A DNA stretch of 63,195 nucleotides, filler included, from Rozella allomycis CSF55 (GCA_000442015.1; 11 parts of 11 records of this genome joined end to end with filler, not necessarily neighbours in it); one strand, 5' to 3'; shown: positions 1-16,905, counted from the first letter of the whole stretch. Program-made: numbers and translations. The notes: a model not told the origin generated them from the letters alone.

Positions 1-2472
1 AGAAGAAGAAGAAAGATTGGTTACAGATGTGGAGGTTGTTAAATATCCCGAAGAGATTGAAAGACCAAAGATGAAGAGTGGAAAGATTGAATATACGAAA
101 AGATTTTTGATGAGTTTTAGAGAACTTTGTTTGGATGTTCCAGTAGAAGTTTTTGATAAAATAGATTTAATATTTACAGAACAAGAAAAGAAGAAGGACA
201 TTGTAGAGTTCCAAAGAAGAAAAGAGAGAGCGCAAAACAAAGCAAATCATAGAAATAGAAGAAAGGCTCCAGTTGTAGTGAATTTGCACAAGTCAGAGAA
301 AGCATGGAAGAGGCCAAGGGATGAAGATGAGAAACAGAAATTGTATAGAGATGTTACAATAGCATTGAATAAGATTACCAGGGATAATTTTGATAAAGTT
401 TGTTCAGAAATTTTGAATATGAAAATAGATGATGATATTATTTTAGCAGGGGTTATTGACATTATTTTTGCTAAAGCTATAGATGAACCGAACTTTGGGG
501 CGATCTATGCACAACTATGCCACAAATTATCTATAGATCTAAAGATTGAAACAATTTATGATGAAGAAGCATTGAAAGCAATTAACAGTGGAAGAACAAC
601 GATATTTAGAAGAATATTATTGAATAAATGTCAACAAGAATATTCAAAGAAGCAACAATGGAAGTTGGAGGCTGATAAGGTTGTAGTAGCAGAAGATGAT
701 GAAGAAGTTGAGAGATTGAAGATTAAAAGAAGAGCTTTGGGAAATATAATATTTATTGGAGAATTGTTTAAATTGAATTTGTTGACAGAAAAGATTATTC
801 ATTTTTGTATTAATGANTTTTATTGGAGAATTATTTAAATTGAATTTGTTGACAGAAAAGATTATTCATTTTTGTATTAATGATTTATTGAAGAATCCAG
901 AAGAAGAAGAGATTGAATCTTTGTGTAAATTGTTAATAACAGTTGGATCTAAATTGGATTCAAGTCAATCTAAAAAATATGTAGATGAATATTTCCAAAG
1001 AATCAAAATTATTATTGAAATTCCTGAATTGAATAATAGATTAAGATTTAGTTTAATGGNGATAACAGTTGGATCTAAATTGGATTCAAGTCAATCAAGA
1101 AAATATGTAGATGAATATTTCCAAAGAATCAAAAATATTATTGAAATTCCTGAATTGAATAATAGATTAAGATTTAGTTTAATGGATGTTGTAGATTTAA
1201 GAAAGAATAATTGGCAATCTAAGAAGAAGGTTAAATCTGAGCCAGTTAAACAAGAAGTGAAAGAAAGAGAGACTAGAGAAAGAGGGTTTGACAAAGAGAG
1301 AGACAATAGAGAGATTAGAGACAGAGATAATAGGGAGAGAGGGTTTGAAGGTAGTAATAGGGATAGAGGGTTTGAAGGTAGAAAAAGTCACAGAGAAAGT
1401 TATTCAATAGATTCCCACAAGTTTGAAAGTAAATTTTCTAAAAAGAAGATTTTAAAGAATGAAAATCCACAAAACCCTCCAACTGTTAGATGGGGACCTC
1501 CAAAGAAGGAAAAGGAAGAAAAGAAGAATTTCTATTCAGCCCTTGAAATTGAAGAAGAAGAAAAGATAGATGAAGAAAAGGTAGAAGAAAAGGTAGAAGA
1601 CAAAGTAAATGAAGAAGAGTCACAGAAAGATGAAGAATCTTCATTGTTGAATTCATCTTTTATTAAAGAAAAGTTGGATATATTTTTAGCATCTAAAAAC
1701 TTTATGGAGATTATTGAATATGTTTCAAACTTGAATGATAAAAACAAAACATTTTTTCTTTCTGAAATTTTACTTCCAATTTTTGATAAAAGAGATAAAG
1801 AAATTGATTTAGCTTGTGAATTATTTAATAAAATTAATTCTTTATTCAACAAGGATCAAATTGAAAAAGCTTTTGAAAATGTTTGGGATATTGTGGCTGA
1901 CATTGCTATTGATGTTCCTAAAATCTATTTTTATCTCTCTAAATTATTACTACAATTAGAACCAACTATCAATGTTGATGAATTCATTCAAAATGTTTAT
2001 TTCAAAAATCAATTAATTAAAGAATTATCAAAACTTAGATCTGAAAAAATTAAAGAAAAAAATGAAAAAATAGATCAGGAAAAATCTGAAATAGATCTAG
2101 AGTCTAGACCAAAAGATATAACTAGTTTACCTTTTGAGTTTATTTCCAACAATGATAAATTATTAATTCAAAATATTCTGGAAAAGGGTCTCGTCACTTC
2201 AGAAAAAGGTCTTTCAATCAGTCCCTCACTCATTCCTCATCTCACAAAGCATTTACAATCACATTCAAATATTCATTCATTCCTTGAATTAATTCTTTCC
2301 TTTAAGAATGGTAATTTATTCATCTTTCACTCATTTAGACTCTGCTGATTCACTTTTCACCAGCTTATATGATTGCGACATTCTTTCTGAAGATGTTTAT
2401 TCTTCCTTTATGGCTAATCATTCTATTTCGGAAAAGTTAAGAAGATGGATTTTATGGTTGCAAAATAATTAA
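1..2472 (+). CDS. eIF4G: Translation initiation factor eIF4G (5' end outside window)
   Basis: eIF4E-binding YxxxxLM motif (YTKRFLM); MIF4G domain (LNKITRDNF, IFAKAIDEPNF, RRALGNIIFIGELFK); MA3-like DIAIDVPK; intron 2311-2338, then W2-like LYDCDILSED...W to TAA 2470-2472. Frame breaks at N816/N1060 are duplicated assembly joints. Confidence 0.9.
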
Positions 2473-2890
2473 TAAATTCATTTTTATTAAAGAGACTAAA
2501 ATTTGAATAATAGTTGTTCAAATAATTTAAATAGTTCAACTTGTACTTTGTAGTATAAGAATATATATATTTCTAGACTCTAGTTGACTATATCCTTTGA
2601 CCACTATATTTGAAATTCTTATTTTTAGACTTTGGTGGCTGGTTCATGAACANCCTTTATGGCTAATCATTCTATTTCGGAAAAGTTAAGAAGATGGATT
2701 TTATGGTTGCAAAATAATTAATAAATTCATTTTTATGAAAGAGAATAAAATTTGAATAATAATTGTTCAAATAGTTTAAAATTTAAATAGTTTAAGAATA
2801 TATATTTCTAGACTCTAGTTGACTATATCCTTTAACCCTTCTAGTTGACTATATTTGAAATTCTTATTTTTAGACTTTGGTGGCTGGTTC

Positions 2891-4194
2891 ATGAACAAGT
2901 TTTTCAAAGGAATTATGGAATCCACAGCACCCAGATCATTCTACAGACGCCCTTTGCCCAACCATCTAATTGCATTCTCATCCGAAAAAGGAAAGGAACT
3001 TTTCAAACAATCATTAAAACAAGGCTACACTGAAAATTATTTCAAGCTGGTCGGTAATTTCTCGTCCCAAAGCGAGCCAGCATGTAACCACATTCTTTAA
3101 AATTTATTTAGACTGCGGATTAGCTTCACTGGTTACTGTTCTCAACTCTTTCGAAATAGATCCGGGCAAGACGTGGAAGGGAATTTGGCGGTGGTATTCC
3201 GAAGAGATGCTGGACTGCTGTTCGCCGCTCTCGTATATCAAGCAAAATGGGATCACGTTCCAGGAATTCAAGTGTCTGGCGCACTGCAACGGGCTGCAAG
3301 TGTCGTCGTTCCATCCGTCCGAGTCGTCGCTGGAGCAGTTCCGGGCAGCGATTGCGGCAACGTGCCAGTCGTCTGAGCAGCATCTCGTTGTTTCTTTCGG
3401 GCGCAAGTCGCTGGGGCAGACGGGTGACGGGCATTTCTCGCCGATTGCGGCGTATAGTCGCGAGCATGATAGCGTGCTGGTGCTTGAGGTTGCTAGATTC
3501 AAGTATCCGTGCTACTGGGTGGATGTGGAGATGCTGTGGAGGGCGATGCATGATACGGATAGTGTTACTGGGAGGCAGAGAGGGTATTTCGTGCTGAAGA
3601 GGGATTGTGCGTGGGATGCTGGGCTGGTGAGAGTGGGCGTGCAGGGGCAGGTGAAGGAGTTGGGGATGGTTTTTGAGGATGTTTTGGGAAGGAATTTGGA
3701 GGGGGTTGGGAGTGGTGATGCGCAGAAGATGAAGGATGTGTTTAGGGGTGTGTTGGAGGAACTGGATAGGAGCAAGAGTTTTAGATTGGAGTTTGTGCCG
3801 CCGGGAATTGATTTGGTGGGGCAGGGTGAGATGGCGACGCAGCATGAGAAGAATGTTTATCAGTTAATTTGTGTAAGTATAGATTATTTGGATTATATAG
3901 GATATTCAGAGACATCCGGTTTATCAAATAGCATGTGATATTCTTCAGGAGAGGCGATTGGAGTTTCTTGGATTGCAAAGCGGCAACTCACTTAACGCAC
4001 AAGCTGCACTTGCGACTCTATTGTTTTTGGCTTTACCCGAGCATTGCTTTGACAAGTTGAATCACAATTTTAAAACAGAGCTACACAATTTCAGAAACAT
4101 AAAAGAAGATTTTGTCGTTTTGAGGCGCGAAGTTGAGAGGCTTACGAAACAAATTGGCGGGTCGATGAAAATTTGTTCATGCAAGAAAAATTAA
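2891..4194 (+). CDS. PCS1: Phytochelatin synthase (glutathione gamma-glutamylcysteinyltransferase)
   Basis: SFYRRPLP...QSEPA|YCGLASL across a 28-nt intron (3084-3111), WKGIWRWYSEEMLDCC, GQTGDGHFSPIAAY, EVARFKYP; Cys-containing C-terminus CSCKKN. Start could also be the ATG at 2915. Confidence 0.93.
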
Positions 4195-4235
4195 TGATTT
4201 AAAACATAAAATACAAATTTAATAAATTTTTTAGA

Positions 4236-5510
4236 CTATAAAAGACCGTTGCTCTCTTCTTTCTTATCTTCACCGGCTACAGCCAGTGATTTCGCTACTC
4301 TGATAATCTTAATGGCTTTTAAATATTCAAATTACTTCATTGTCGAGAAAAGAAATCGTGCTGCTGTTTTTGATGGCTTCTAATGCCTCTGAATCTCTCT
4401 TTTCAAAAGCGTCCAACAATTCGTTTGCTTTGCATCCCTCATCTGAAGTAAAAAATGAATCACTTTGTCTGCTACAAATCTTTTCAATTTCTTACCCTTG
4501 AAATTCTGTAAACTTTTTAGACGCGTGTACTGGATCAATCTTTAGCAAAATTATAATCAAAGAAAGCATTTGCTTGTGTGCTAATTTGTAGTCGTTTCCC
4601 GAAATGCAGACTGGAATGTGTCGTTCAAGAATCTGTATAGCCTTTTCAATCCTTTTAAGCATATCTATATCTCTTTTACATGTCGTTCTTTAATGCTAGT
4701 TGGATACTTCGACGATACGTTTCAGNTTATAGCCTTTTCAATCCTTTTAAGCATATCGATGTCCCTGTTACATGTCGTTCTTTAATGCTAGTTGGATACT
4801 TCGACGATACGTTTCAGTTGCAAATTTGCCTCTGTCGTTGCTTTCATGGATATCTAATGCTCCTTCATAAGCTTCAATCGCTTTTAGTTTGTCTTCTTCA
4901 AATATAGCCCTATTTTTCAATTCATTATAAACTACTTTGCGGCCTTTTCCAAACACTCCGCAGCCCGATCATGTAGACCAGTTTTGATATATTCTTTTGA
5001 CGCTTTATTGTAATCGTCAAATGCAGAGTTCACATCCTTCATCTGCGTGGCAGATTGCCCAGCGGATTCATAGCATTTGGCTGCCTCTGATGGTCTTTAC
5101 ACAAATTAATTTTAGTTTTACAAATTAGCGTGAGAAAATGCATCGGCGGCATTGATACTACAGGTCCTTGACAAGTCATAGGAGCGCATCGCTTTATANT
5201 TTCATCTGCGTGGCAGATTGTCCAGCGGATTCATAGCATTTGGCTGCCTCTGATGGCCTTGACACAAATTAAATTCAGTTTTACAAATTAGCGTGAGAAA
5301 ATGCATCGGCTGCATTGATACTACAGGTCCTTGACAAGTCATAGGAGCGCATCGCTTTATAACTTGACGCCGCTTTTTCAAATTCCATAGCGGCAACTTC
5401 ATAATCTGGTTTCCACTTAAAAAGACCGGTTTGAAGGCTTTTATTTACCGAAAGAATAATTACGCTTTTTTGGCTCTATTTGAAGATTCGACGGCGTCTT
5501 CCAAAGACAT
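4236..5510 (-). CDS. NAPG: Gamma-soluble NSF attachment protein (gamma-SNAP)
   Basis: Manual spliced translation gives MSLEDAVESSNRAKK...LQTGLFKWKPDYEVAAMEFEKAASSYK (gamma-SNAP signature FxKWKPDY) and acidic C-terminus EESNGLL*; contains duplicated joints at N4726 and N5199. Confidence 0.8.
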
Positions 5511-5690
5511 TTTGCAGAGTGAAATTTCAGAAATAATGTCCCTCTTTTTGAAGTAAAATGATGCTATTAAATTGAGTTTGATGAAATCATGAAAACATGA
5601 TTTATAATTGGGACTAAAGCCAACTCAATGGCTTGTTTCAGTTTGATTGGAAGAAATTTCCTAAGCCACATGAATCTTGTCGGATATTCA

Positions 5691-5790
5691 NNNNNNNNNN
5701 NNNNNNNNNNNNNNNNNNNNNNNNNNNNNNNNNNTTAATTAATTAANNNNNNNNNNNNNNNNNNNNNNNNNNNNNNNNNNNNNNNNNNNN
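5691..5790. other. Artificial contig linker N44-TTAATTAATTAA-N44 (six-frame stop spacer); identical linkers at 15151-15250, 25567-25666, 28134-28233, 41010-41109, 42929-43028, 44302-44401, 45517-45616, 55764-55863, 56912-57011
   Basis: Identical 100-nt cassette repeated ten times, with genes truncated at its edges. Confidence 0.97.
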
Positions 5791-6043
5791 TGAAAATAGA
5801 TATCGATTTTATTTTAGACGAAATCACATTAATGTCAAAACATGATAAAGATGGAAAACACTGGTTTGTGGGAAGAAATTTATTTTAACTATAAGCTCCC
5901 CGTCCGATTTTACGAGCACTGCGAGACTTGTTTTTTATTTAATTGTTCTTGATCGTTTTCTTTTCTAAAAAATAAATATTGTATATTATAAGCAAAATTA
6001 TATCATAATCATATAATAAATTGATAACCTTTATTGCAAATGT

Positions 6044-6484
6044 TTAAGGATTAACTTTTCTGTACTTTATACGCTGTTGGTGCAAACGTGGTGCTAAAAA
6101 ATCCCAATCAAGTAAAAAAGATGCATGTAGTAAACCAGCATTGTATAACATATTATTGTAACGAAATAATACAGCATCATCTATGCTATTAATTTGTTCA
6201 AGATTTAAAGATTTCAAGTAACCTTTGGAAAAGTAAAATAAATTGTGGTGATCGATCAAAGGCAATATTTTTTCTTCATCTTTACTACTAGCTAAAGCTT
6301 CACAAATATCAACAATATCAAAGACTGAAGCTCCAGGTATAATATATCCTTCTTTTGTCATACTTAAATGATGTCTTTTTTCGCCAAATGTAAAATTGAA
6401 TATCTTCTCCTTTTTATCGTACGTCATGGTAGAATTTTCATATTTTCTAGTTAAGTACAGTATCAACTTGTAATGAGGATCCAT
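6044..6484 (-). CDS. Hypothetical protein (146 aa from MDPHYK)
   Basis: Uninterrupted ATG-started ORF in AT-rich DNA, divergent from NSF; no recognised domain. Confidence 0.5.
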   Translation of the reverse strand: MDPHYKLILYLTRKYENSTMTYDKKEKIFNFTFGEKRHHLSMTKEGYIIPGASVFDIVDICEALASSKDEEKILPLIDHHNLFYFSKGYLKSLNLEQINSIDDAVLFRYNNMLYNAGLLHASFLLDWDFLAPRLHQQRIKYRKVNP

Positions 6485-6509
6485 CTTAATAAACAAGGAA
6501 ATTTCACCA

Positions 6510-8966
<2,457 letters not shown>

Positions 8967-9021
8967 ATATCTCTGTCGTTCTTTGTTTATTTAAATTACA
9001 TTTCACATTTTTCTGAATTCC

Positions 9022-10946
<1,925 letters not shown>

Positions 10947-11080
10947 ATAAAACAAATTCAATTGCAAAAATTTAAAGATTTTATCGATAATGTAAGCAAA
11001 ATAGAAGAAAGTTAGTGAATATCAATTAGATAGTATTCCAGACTACAGACTTGTTAATGTGACGTGATAATTCTTTATTT

Positions 11081-11497
11081 CTAACGAAATGATTTAAACA
11101 CACTCTTTCTCATTCTCATTCGTCGATGAATAACTACAGAAAGAACAATAATCAATAGAGTAACAATCCAACATGCAGTCAAGAGTATTAGCACCTGGTC
11201 TGTGTTTAATATCAGAGGAGGTATCAGCGGCTTCTTTTCTTTCTCTGTGTCAGATGCTAGTTGCTTGAAATCTATTCGTTTATGCATCTCAAATGAATAT
11301 TTCATCAAGTTATTGTCTTTCGAATGCTCTATTGACTGTATTTCCTGCGCCGACTTCTGATTCACCGGTCCAGGCGGGTTGGTAATTCCACCTGTTTTCA
11401 CTTTCAATGCACGTGGCTTCTCTATATTTTCGTTTACTTTTTGTATGCTAGCTACACTCCCAATCATGCAAATCATCCAAATGAAGTGCCATTCCAT
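11081..11497 (-). CDS. Hypothetical type I membrane protein
   Basis: 138-aa ORF with N-terminal hydrophobic signal-like segment, a C-terminal TM helix and a basic cytosolic tail. Confidence 0.55.
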   Translation of the reverse strand: MEWHFIWMICMIGSVASIQKVNENIEKPRALKVKTGGITNPPGPVNQKSAQEIQSIEHSKDNNLMKYSFEMHKRIDFKQLASDTEKEKKPLIPPLILNTDQVLILLTACWIVTLLIIVLSVVIHRRMRMRKSVFKSFR

Positions 11498-11795
11498 CTG
11501 TGTGGCTTTAGTTGATTATTCATCACGCCCAAATTAGATCGTTTATAGATATTGTTTAATAATTAATGAAAACTAGGGAACAAAAATGCATATTTAATTA
11601 TGCTTACTCTACCTCAAGACTAAGAGTTTGATTTTGGCGAGCAATTGTAAAGAAAATTGAAATTACGCTTATGAAGATCAAAATATAGGAGATTTCAAAT
11701 CTCAAATTCCCGATTAACCATTTGATTACAAATTATACTCGCCTTTAAATCAGAAGTAAGATGCGTGGCTTGAGTCTTGACCGATACAGCAAAAG

Positions 11796-12110
11796 ATGAA
11801 CTTGCTTCAGCGATTTCGCAACCTAAGTTTACCCAGCTTTCTCAATCGGCTACAAAGAAATAATTCAATTTTTCCAAAAATCCCACGGCCGGAACCACTG
11901 GGTGACAAAAAGGAACAGATTGAATACGAAGAAAGTCTAAAAAGGGCTAATCAAGACGAATCAATTGACGATGGATCTTCCTCGGGTCAAAAATATATTT
12001 CTTTTAAAGGCGATACCAACCCAGATACCGGCGAAATCGGAGGACCTCGTGGATTGGAGCCTACTCGTTATGGAGATTGGGAAGGTAACGGGCGCTGTAC
12101 AGACTTTTAG
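11796..12110 (+). CDS. SDHAF4: Succinate dehydrogenase assembly factor 4 (Sdh8, DUF1674)
   Basis: C-terminal signature [30 protein letters not shown]; presequence-like N-terminus. Confidence 0.93.
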   Translation: MNLLQRFRNLSLPSFLNRLQRNNSIFPKIPRPEPLGDKKEQIEYEESLKRANQDESIDDGSSSGQKYISFKGDTNPDTGEIGGPRGLEPTRYGDWEGNGRCTDF

Positions 12111-12180
12111 CCATTCCATAAATTATTCGATTTATTTATTCATTCAGAGGTTCATTAGTATGTATTTTATGTCAAAAAAA

Positions 12181-12708
12181 TTACAAAATCACACAAAAAG
12201 TATCACGTTTTCTAAGCTTCAAAATGATTTGACCGCTATTCCTTGAGTCTACTTCGTAGAATTCGATGTATTCGTTATTTCTCTCAGCCCAATCAAGAAC
12301 AGCGGGCCTTAATTTAACAATTCCGTTAGCAGAGTTGTTTCCTTTACCAGTAATGACATAAAGATACAAATCATCCACTTTTGCTTTGCTACAAAGTTTC
12401 GATACCCGTTTTTCTAGAGTTTCGATGGCCTCATGAACATGAAGTCCATGTAAATCCAGAACCGTTTTAGAATTATCTTGATTATTTGTTTCTATATACT
12501 TTTTCATAGCTTTGCTGTTCATATCATTTGCTTTCTTGTATAATTCCTTTTTCTGGACAGATAATGAGTGGGCAGTAGATTTATCACCTCTTAAGTAAGC
12601 TACTTGGCTTTCTCTACCATATTCCATTGCTTGTTCTTTTAAAAGTCTTGCTTTTAAACGTAACTCATCTGGATCGCCTTCTGTTTCCCTGCTAAATATA
12701 CTTCCCAT
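12181..12708 (-). CDS. DUF1771 + Smr-domain protein (putative nuclease)
   Basis: SQVAYLRGDKSTAHSLS (DUF1771), LDLHGLHVHEA and VITGKGNNS...KLRPAV (Smr); starts MGSIFS (possible N-myristoylation). Confidence 0.88.
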   Translation of the reverse strand: MGSIFSRETEGDPDELRLKARLLKEQAMEYGRESQVAYLRGDKSTAHSLSVQKKELYKKANDMNSKAMKKYIETNNQDNSKTVLDLHGLHVHEAIETLEKRVSKLCSKAKVDDLYLYVITGKGNNSANGIVKLRPAVLDWAERNNEYIEFYEVDSRNSGQIILKLRKRDTFCVIL

Positions 12709-12814
12709 GTAAAGCGCTTTGCCACAATCAATTTGTATATAAATAAAGCATCCACAAATCAAAATTTATTAAATTTATTGATGACCATCATTGATTCGTT
12801 GTTAGGATCTATAA

Positions 12815-14083
12815 TTAAGCTGTTGCATTAGAAGGGCGTGAATATGATATTCTAGGGCTACCCATGAATTCGTGTCGTACAGCATCTGGTCCGACTATCG
12901 TTGCTCTTCTTTGACCACCGCCATGGAGATTTGTTTTTACTCTTTCAATTTCATCCAGACTTTCGATAATTGATATTGCCTTAGATGCCAAGTCATCAAT
13001 TAAAAGTGCTTGAGGGGTTATTAATGTGATATATGACGGTTTATCTTCGGGTCCGTATTCAAGATCTAACCTGTCAGCAGAAACATCCCATGCTAAATTG
13101 TCAAAAGACTCGCTCATTAGAACACTCTAATTTCGTTCGAATTTGTAAAATATACCTTTTTGTCTAAATCTACCACATGAATCCCGTCAGCATTAACCCC
13201 AACTAAAATATGTTCTTTTCTGCGCTCAAAAAAGCCATCCTGTGGCACAGTTAGACACGCTTGCAGCCACGTGGACCCATAGATGCTCCATTGACGAACA
13301 TAGTTCAAATAGAGATTATAACATTGTTTTGAGTCAAGTCCTATAAGCTTTTCATACTCAAGAACTATCCTATTTTCCCATTCTTTTGGATTATAGACAC
13401 GGGATAAATATTGAGGTACAATGTTCCAAAGACCATCCCTTTTTAAAAATCAAGATAAAATTTTACAGGTATTGACCAGGACGATATGAATCATGATCGA
13501 AATTACCTTTTACTGCTTGTAATATATAAGAGGCCAATATTATAGCATCTTGCGGTGAACATGGGTATCGACCTCTCATGATGTTAACTCGTGCCTTTGA
13601 TAATTTACAACTATATGTACCTCTCCGAACATTAATTTCATCGTGGTCTCATCTTTAATAGACTTCGCTTCTATGTCCCGATCTATTAGTGCTTCGCGGC
13701 GAAAAACAAATCGAAAATCAAGATCTGTAGTATTATGCGCGTATTTTTCACACCAGCGTTTCCATTTATTGAAAACACGTATTAGATTCATTCTTGGTCG
13801 TAATCGTAGTTCTAATTTAGCAAATGATATGTTGATACCAAGATCTTTTCCAACCATCCAAAGTGCAAACAGCTTTGATACTTTGGGATCAATCATTTCT
13901 TTTTCACATATAACTTTTTTCAAAAGATCCGCTGTTGGATGCCGATCCTTTACGTTAACGATCCTCTCTCGATCATCAAAAAAGAATATACGAAATAGAT
14001 ATCCTACATAAAATAATTAAATTAAGCTTACCTTTAAAAGTATTATTTGTCTCAACTGGCTTTACTTGCAGATTTCTTTCCAT
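12815..14083 (-). CDS. FERM-domain protein, FRMD8/iTAP-like (multi-exon)
   Basis: F1 lobe LFALWMVGKDL..LRLRP, F2 region ending WSIYGSTW, F3 ILVGVNADGIHVVD and LITPQALLI; start MERNLQVKP at 14083. Confidence 0.7.
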
Positions 14084-14562
14084 TTAGACAAGGCAAGCCA
14101 CATAATCATTTCTTATCCAAAATAGCTCAACTATAATTAGGACTTGTTCGTTGTGTGAAAGTTAATTTTCATAAATCTTTTATAATCAAAGTAGTTTATT
14201 TAAAAATTGGAATAGAATCATTAAATATGCCTCGGTTACCACAGAAACGTCTTCCCGGGCAAAATTTTGGAACATAACTACTAACTAGTAATTAATTATC
14301 ATTTAAATGAATTCATTTAAAAATTGAGAAATTGAGAATGAAGAAGAGGCTCTCAATTCTGAAAGATTGAAATTTAAACCTGATAGTTGACAACATCTTT
14401 ATTCAATCAAAGTAGCATATTAAAATTAAAATATTGGAGCTATTAATGTTTCTATAACAAGTTTTATTTTAGCCTAAAGAAGGCAGAACAAGAAGGGCCT
14501 AAGAGTCTAATTGCGATTTAATGTTCATCTTTTTGGAGAGTGATATGTTGCAAATTTAATTC

Positions 14563-15150
14563 TTAAGCTCGAGTTTTACTTACAGAAACGATAAACGGAG
14601 GTGCTGTCGCATTTGCAAAAGGTGGAGGCGACTCGCAATTGTATGTTTCCTTTTTTCTTTTAAAATGTGTCACTAGAAGAAAGAGTACACATAATGTTAG
14701 AGTGCTTGCCCATATAAGCTCTAAGAGTGAATACTTTCGCGCATTCATGATAGAATCGGTTTCATTATTATTTTCAACTATCAATTCTTTGCCGCGAATA
14801 AATCCTGGCTTTGGTATGTTTGGCTCTTGTTTCTCGTCATCAATTGGATTCTTCCTTATTATTCTTTTATCCTTCAACGAAAAAACTTGTATAATGTCTT
14901 TCACAACTTTTTGAATATCTGCATCCTCCATCGGCGTGTCTTTCCATTTTCTTGTCGCATTTTCAAAATCCTCAACAGAGATCGGTGAACCGGGCAGGCA
15001 TTTGTCTATAATGTCTTTTGCAGTGTCTCTAAGAAATTTTTCATGTTTTTCAACGTCAAAATGTGGATCATGGGTGTGATCACGTACCAAGGGGTCCAAA
15101 TACTTTGGGGAATGTTCTTGCAGACATTGTAAAAGCCGCGTAGTAAAGTC
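14563..15150 (-). CDS. Hypothetical membrane protein, 5' truncated by linker
   Basis: ORF running toward the contig edge; single TM (LIWASTLTLCVLFLLV) followed by KRKK. Confidence 0.5.
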   Translation of the reverse strand, partial: DFTTRLLQCLQEHSPKYLDPLVRDHTHDPHFDVEKHEKFLRDTAKDIIDKCLPGSPISVEDFENATRKWKDTPMEDADIQKVVKDIIQVFSLKDKRIIRKNPIDDEKQEPNIPKPGFIRGKELIVENNNETDSIMNARKYSLLELIWASTLTLCVLFLLVTHFKRKKETYNCESPPPFANATAPPFIVSVSKTRA

Positions 15151-15250
15151 NNNNNNNNNNNNNNNNNNNNNNNNNNNNNNNNNNNNNNNNNNNNTTAATT
15201 AATTAANNNNNNNNNNNNNNNNNNNNNNNNNNNNNNNNNNNNNNNNNNNN

Positions 15251-16190
15251 AATCACGGACATCCGATTCTATATTTGAGCAGTATTTGTCTAATGGCAGA
15301 TCATTGTATTGATAACCAAATGGATTTTCAATTTCTTCTCCGATTCTATCAATTCCCAAGAGGACAAAGTAGACAACAAAGGCACAGGGAAGAGATGCAT
15401 ATCCAAGTGATCCGACAATAGAAAATGGAAATACAATTAGATACATATATAGAATTTGCTCTAAATGAATTAAATACACAGGAGGAATTGGAGTCCTAGC
15501 GATTCTTTGACAATTCAAATGAGCGTTTGATATTTCGGACAGCATTAACTCTAGAACACCGGCTGATCCGTTATCTATTGTACTTTTTGATTTTTGTCGT
15601 TGTATATAGACGCCTAATTGTATAATGCCATCCATCACTTCGGTATTTGTAGATTTAGACGTTTTCTGAACCAAAGCATTAGATTTTACAATTTTATCAA
15701 CTTTCGCTTTCAACTCATCGTTGACGGGTTCGTTTTCAGGTCTGGTTTCCTTAGTTTCTTTAACCCATCGACCCAGGGAATTTTCAACTGTATATTTTGA
15801 TTCGCATCTCAAATCATTCTTAATTCTTTGACAGAGGGTAAGCAGTAAGTCAATTGCTTGACCTTTGTCTTTTTCTACTTCGGCGCTCGTTTCATTGAGA
15901 TTAACTGTAAGAACTCTAGCAAATGTTCTTGCTGCTGTTTGAATCTGAGCCCATAGTTTTCTGCCTTCCCAGTATCTGTCATATGAAGTATTGTTTCTAA
16001 ATACTAACAATAAGCCTATTGTTAGAGACAACGCCGAAACAAATGGTAAATTTGACGATGTAACCTTAATTTTGTTGCTCTCCAATATGCATAATACCAG
16101 TGTCAGCAGAAGCAAGCAAAATAATTTGGGCATTATGTCTGTAACAATTGAAGCTTTAATGTAATGTCGAAATGAGCGAAGTGGATTCAT
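15251..16190 (-). CDS. Bestrophin-family anion channel (UPF0187/YneE type), 3' truncated
   Basis: GLLLVFRNNTSYDRYWEGRKLW, CQRIARTPIP, IGEEIENPFG..NDLPL. Confidence 0.92.
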
Positions 16191-16284
16191 GGTCGGAAAA
16201 TAACTAAAAATAACATTGTCTTTTACATCTTACGTGAATACCATTTAAAAATAACATCACTTTACAATCAAGACTTATTTGATT

Positions 16285-16905
16285 TTATTCCTTATAATAT
16301 GCCATTTGTACACCTTTCACTTTAAACCCGCATTTCTCATAAAAGCCCACGGTCTTTTCATGACAATCTAATATGACTTTATAACAATTCAATTGAATAG
16401 CAGTCAGTCTTAGCTGCTCAATGAGTCTTTTCGTCAAATAAGATCACCCTTACTTTTTCCCGAGACTGTTTCCTCGTTCTTTTTCATCTACCACAATATC
16501 TTCAATATGACCAGCCTTTCCATACCAAATCAGCAACTTACCAAACCATTGCCATGAATAAATTTCTTTTCTAGAATCAGCGATCCGGACGCGACTAGTT
16601 TCTGGGTGGTCGTATTTTCAATAACAATGATATAATATGTACCCGGCATAGCAAGCATCTCATGGAATCTATCTACGTTTCTGTGAATGGAATAATCAAC
16701 CTTGAAAATTTTGGGCAGACAGATCACCAATGTCAGTCAATTGGGATAACAACTGGCTGAAGCCTTATTTGCAATGATCAATAGAATTACCTTTATCGAA
16801 ATCATTTGATCTTAATGGGCGAATGATATAGTTGGGCGGTAGGGTTTGTTGAACTGTGGAAAAATTTATTTGGTCGGGGAAAACATTTGTTTCGATATGG
16901 GGCAT
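16285..16905 (-). CDS. GNA1: Glucosamine-6-phosphate N-acetyltransferase (multi-exon)
   Basis: IRPLRSNDFDKG, LVASGSLILEKKFIHGNG|LAGHIEDIVVD, GFYEKCGF. Confidence 0.9.

Noticed and set aside
3104-3845. Long antisense ORFs over PCS (and similar shadows over TPS2, ACOX, ETFDH, eIF4G)
   Set aside because: By-products of the strong G/C skew; His/Pro/Ser-biased with no motifs.
5735-5746. Recurrent TTAATTAATTAA palindrome as a biological repeat or CRISPR-like element
   Set aside because: Always centred in an exact 100-nt N cassette; it is a synthetic six-frame-stop contig spacer.
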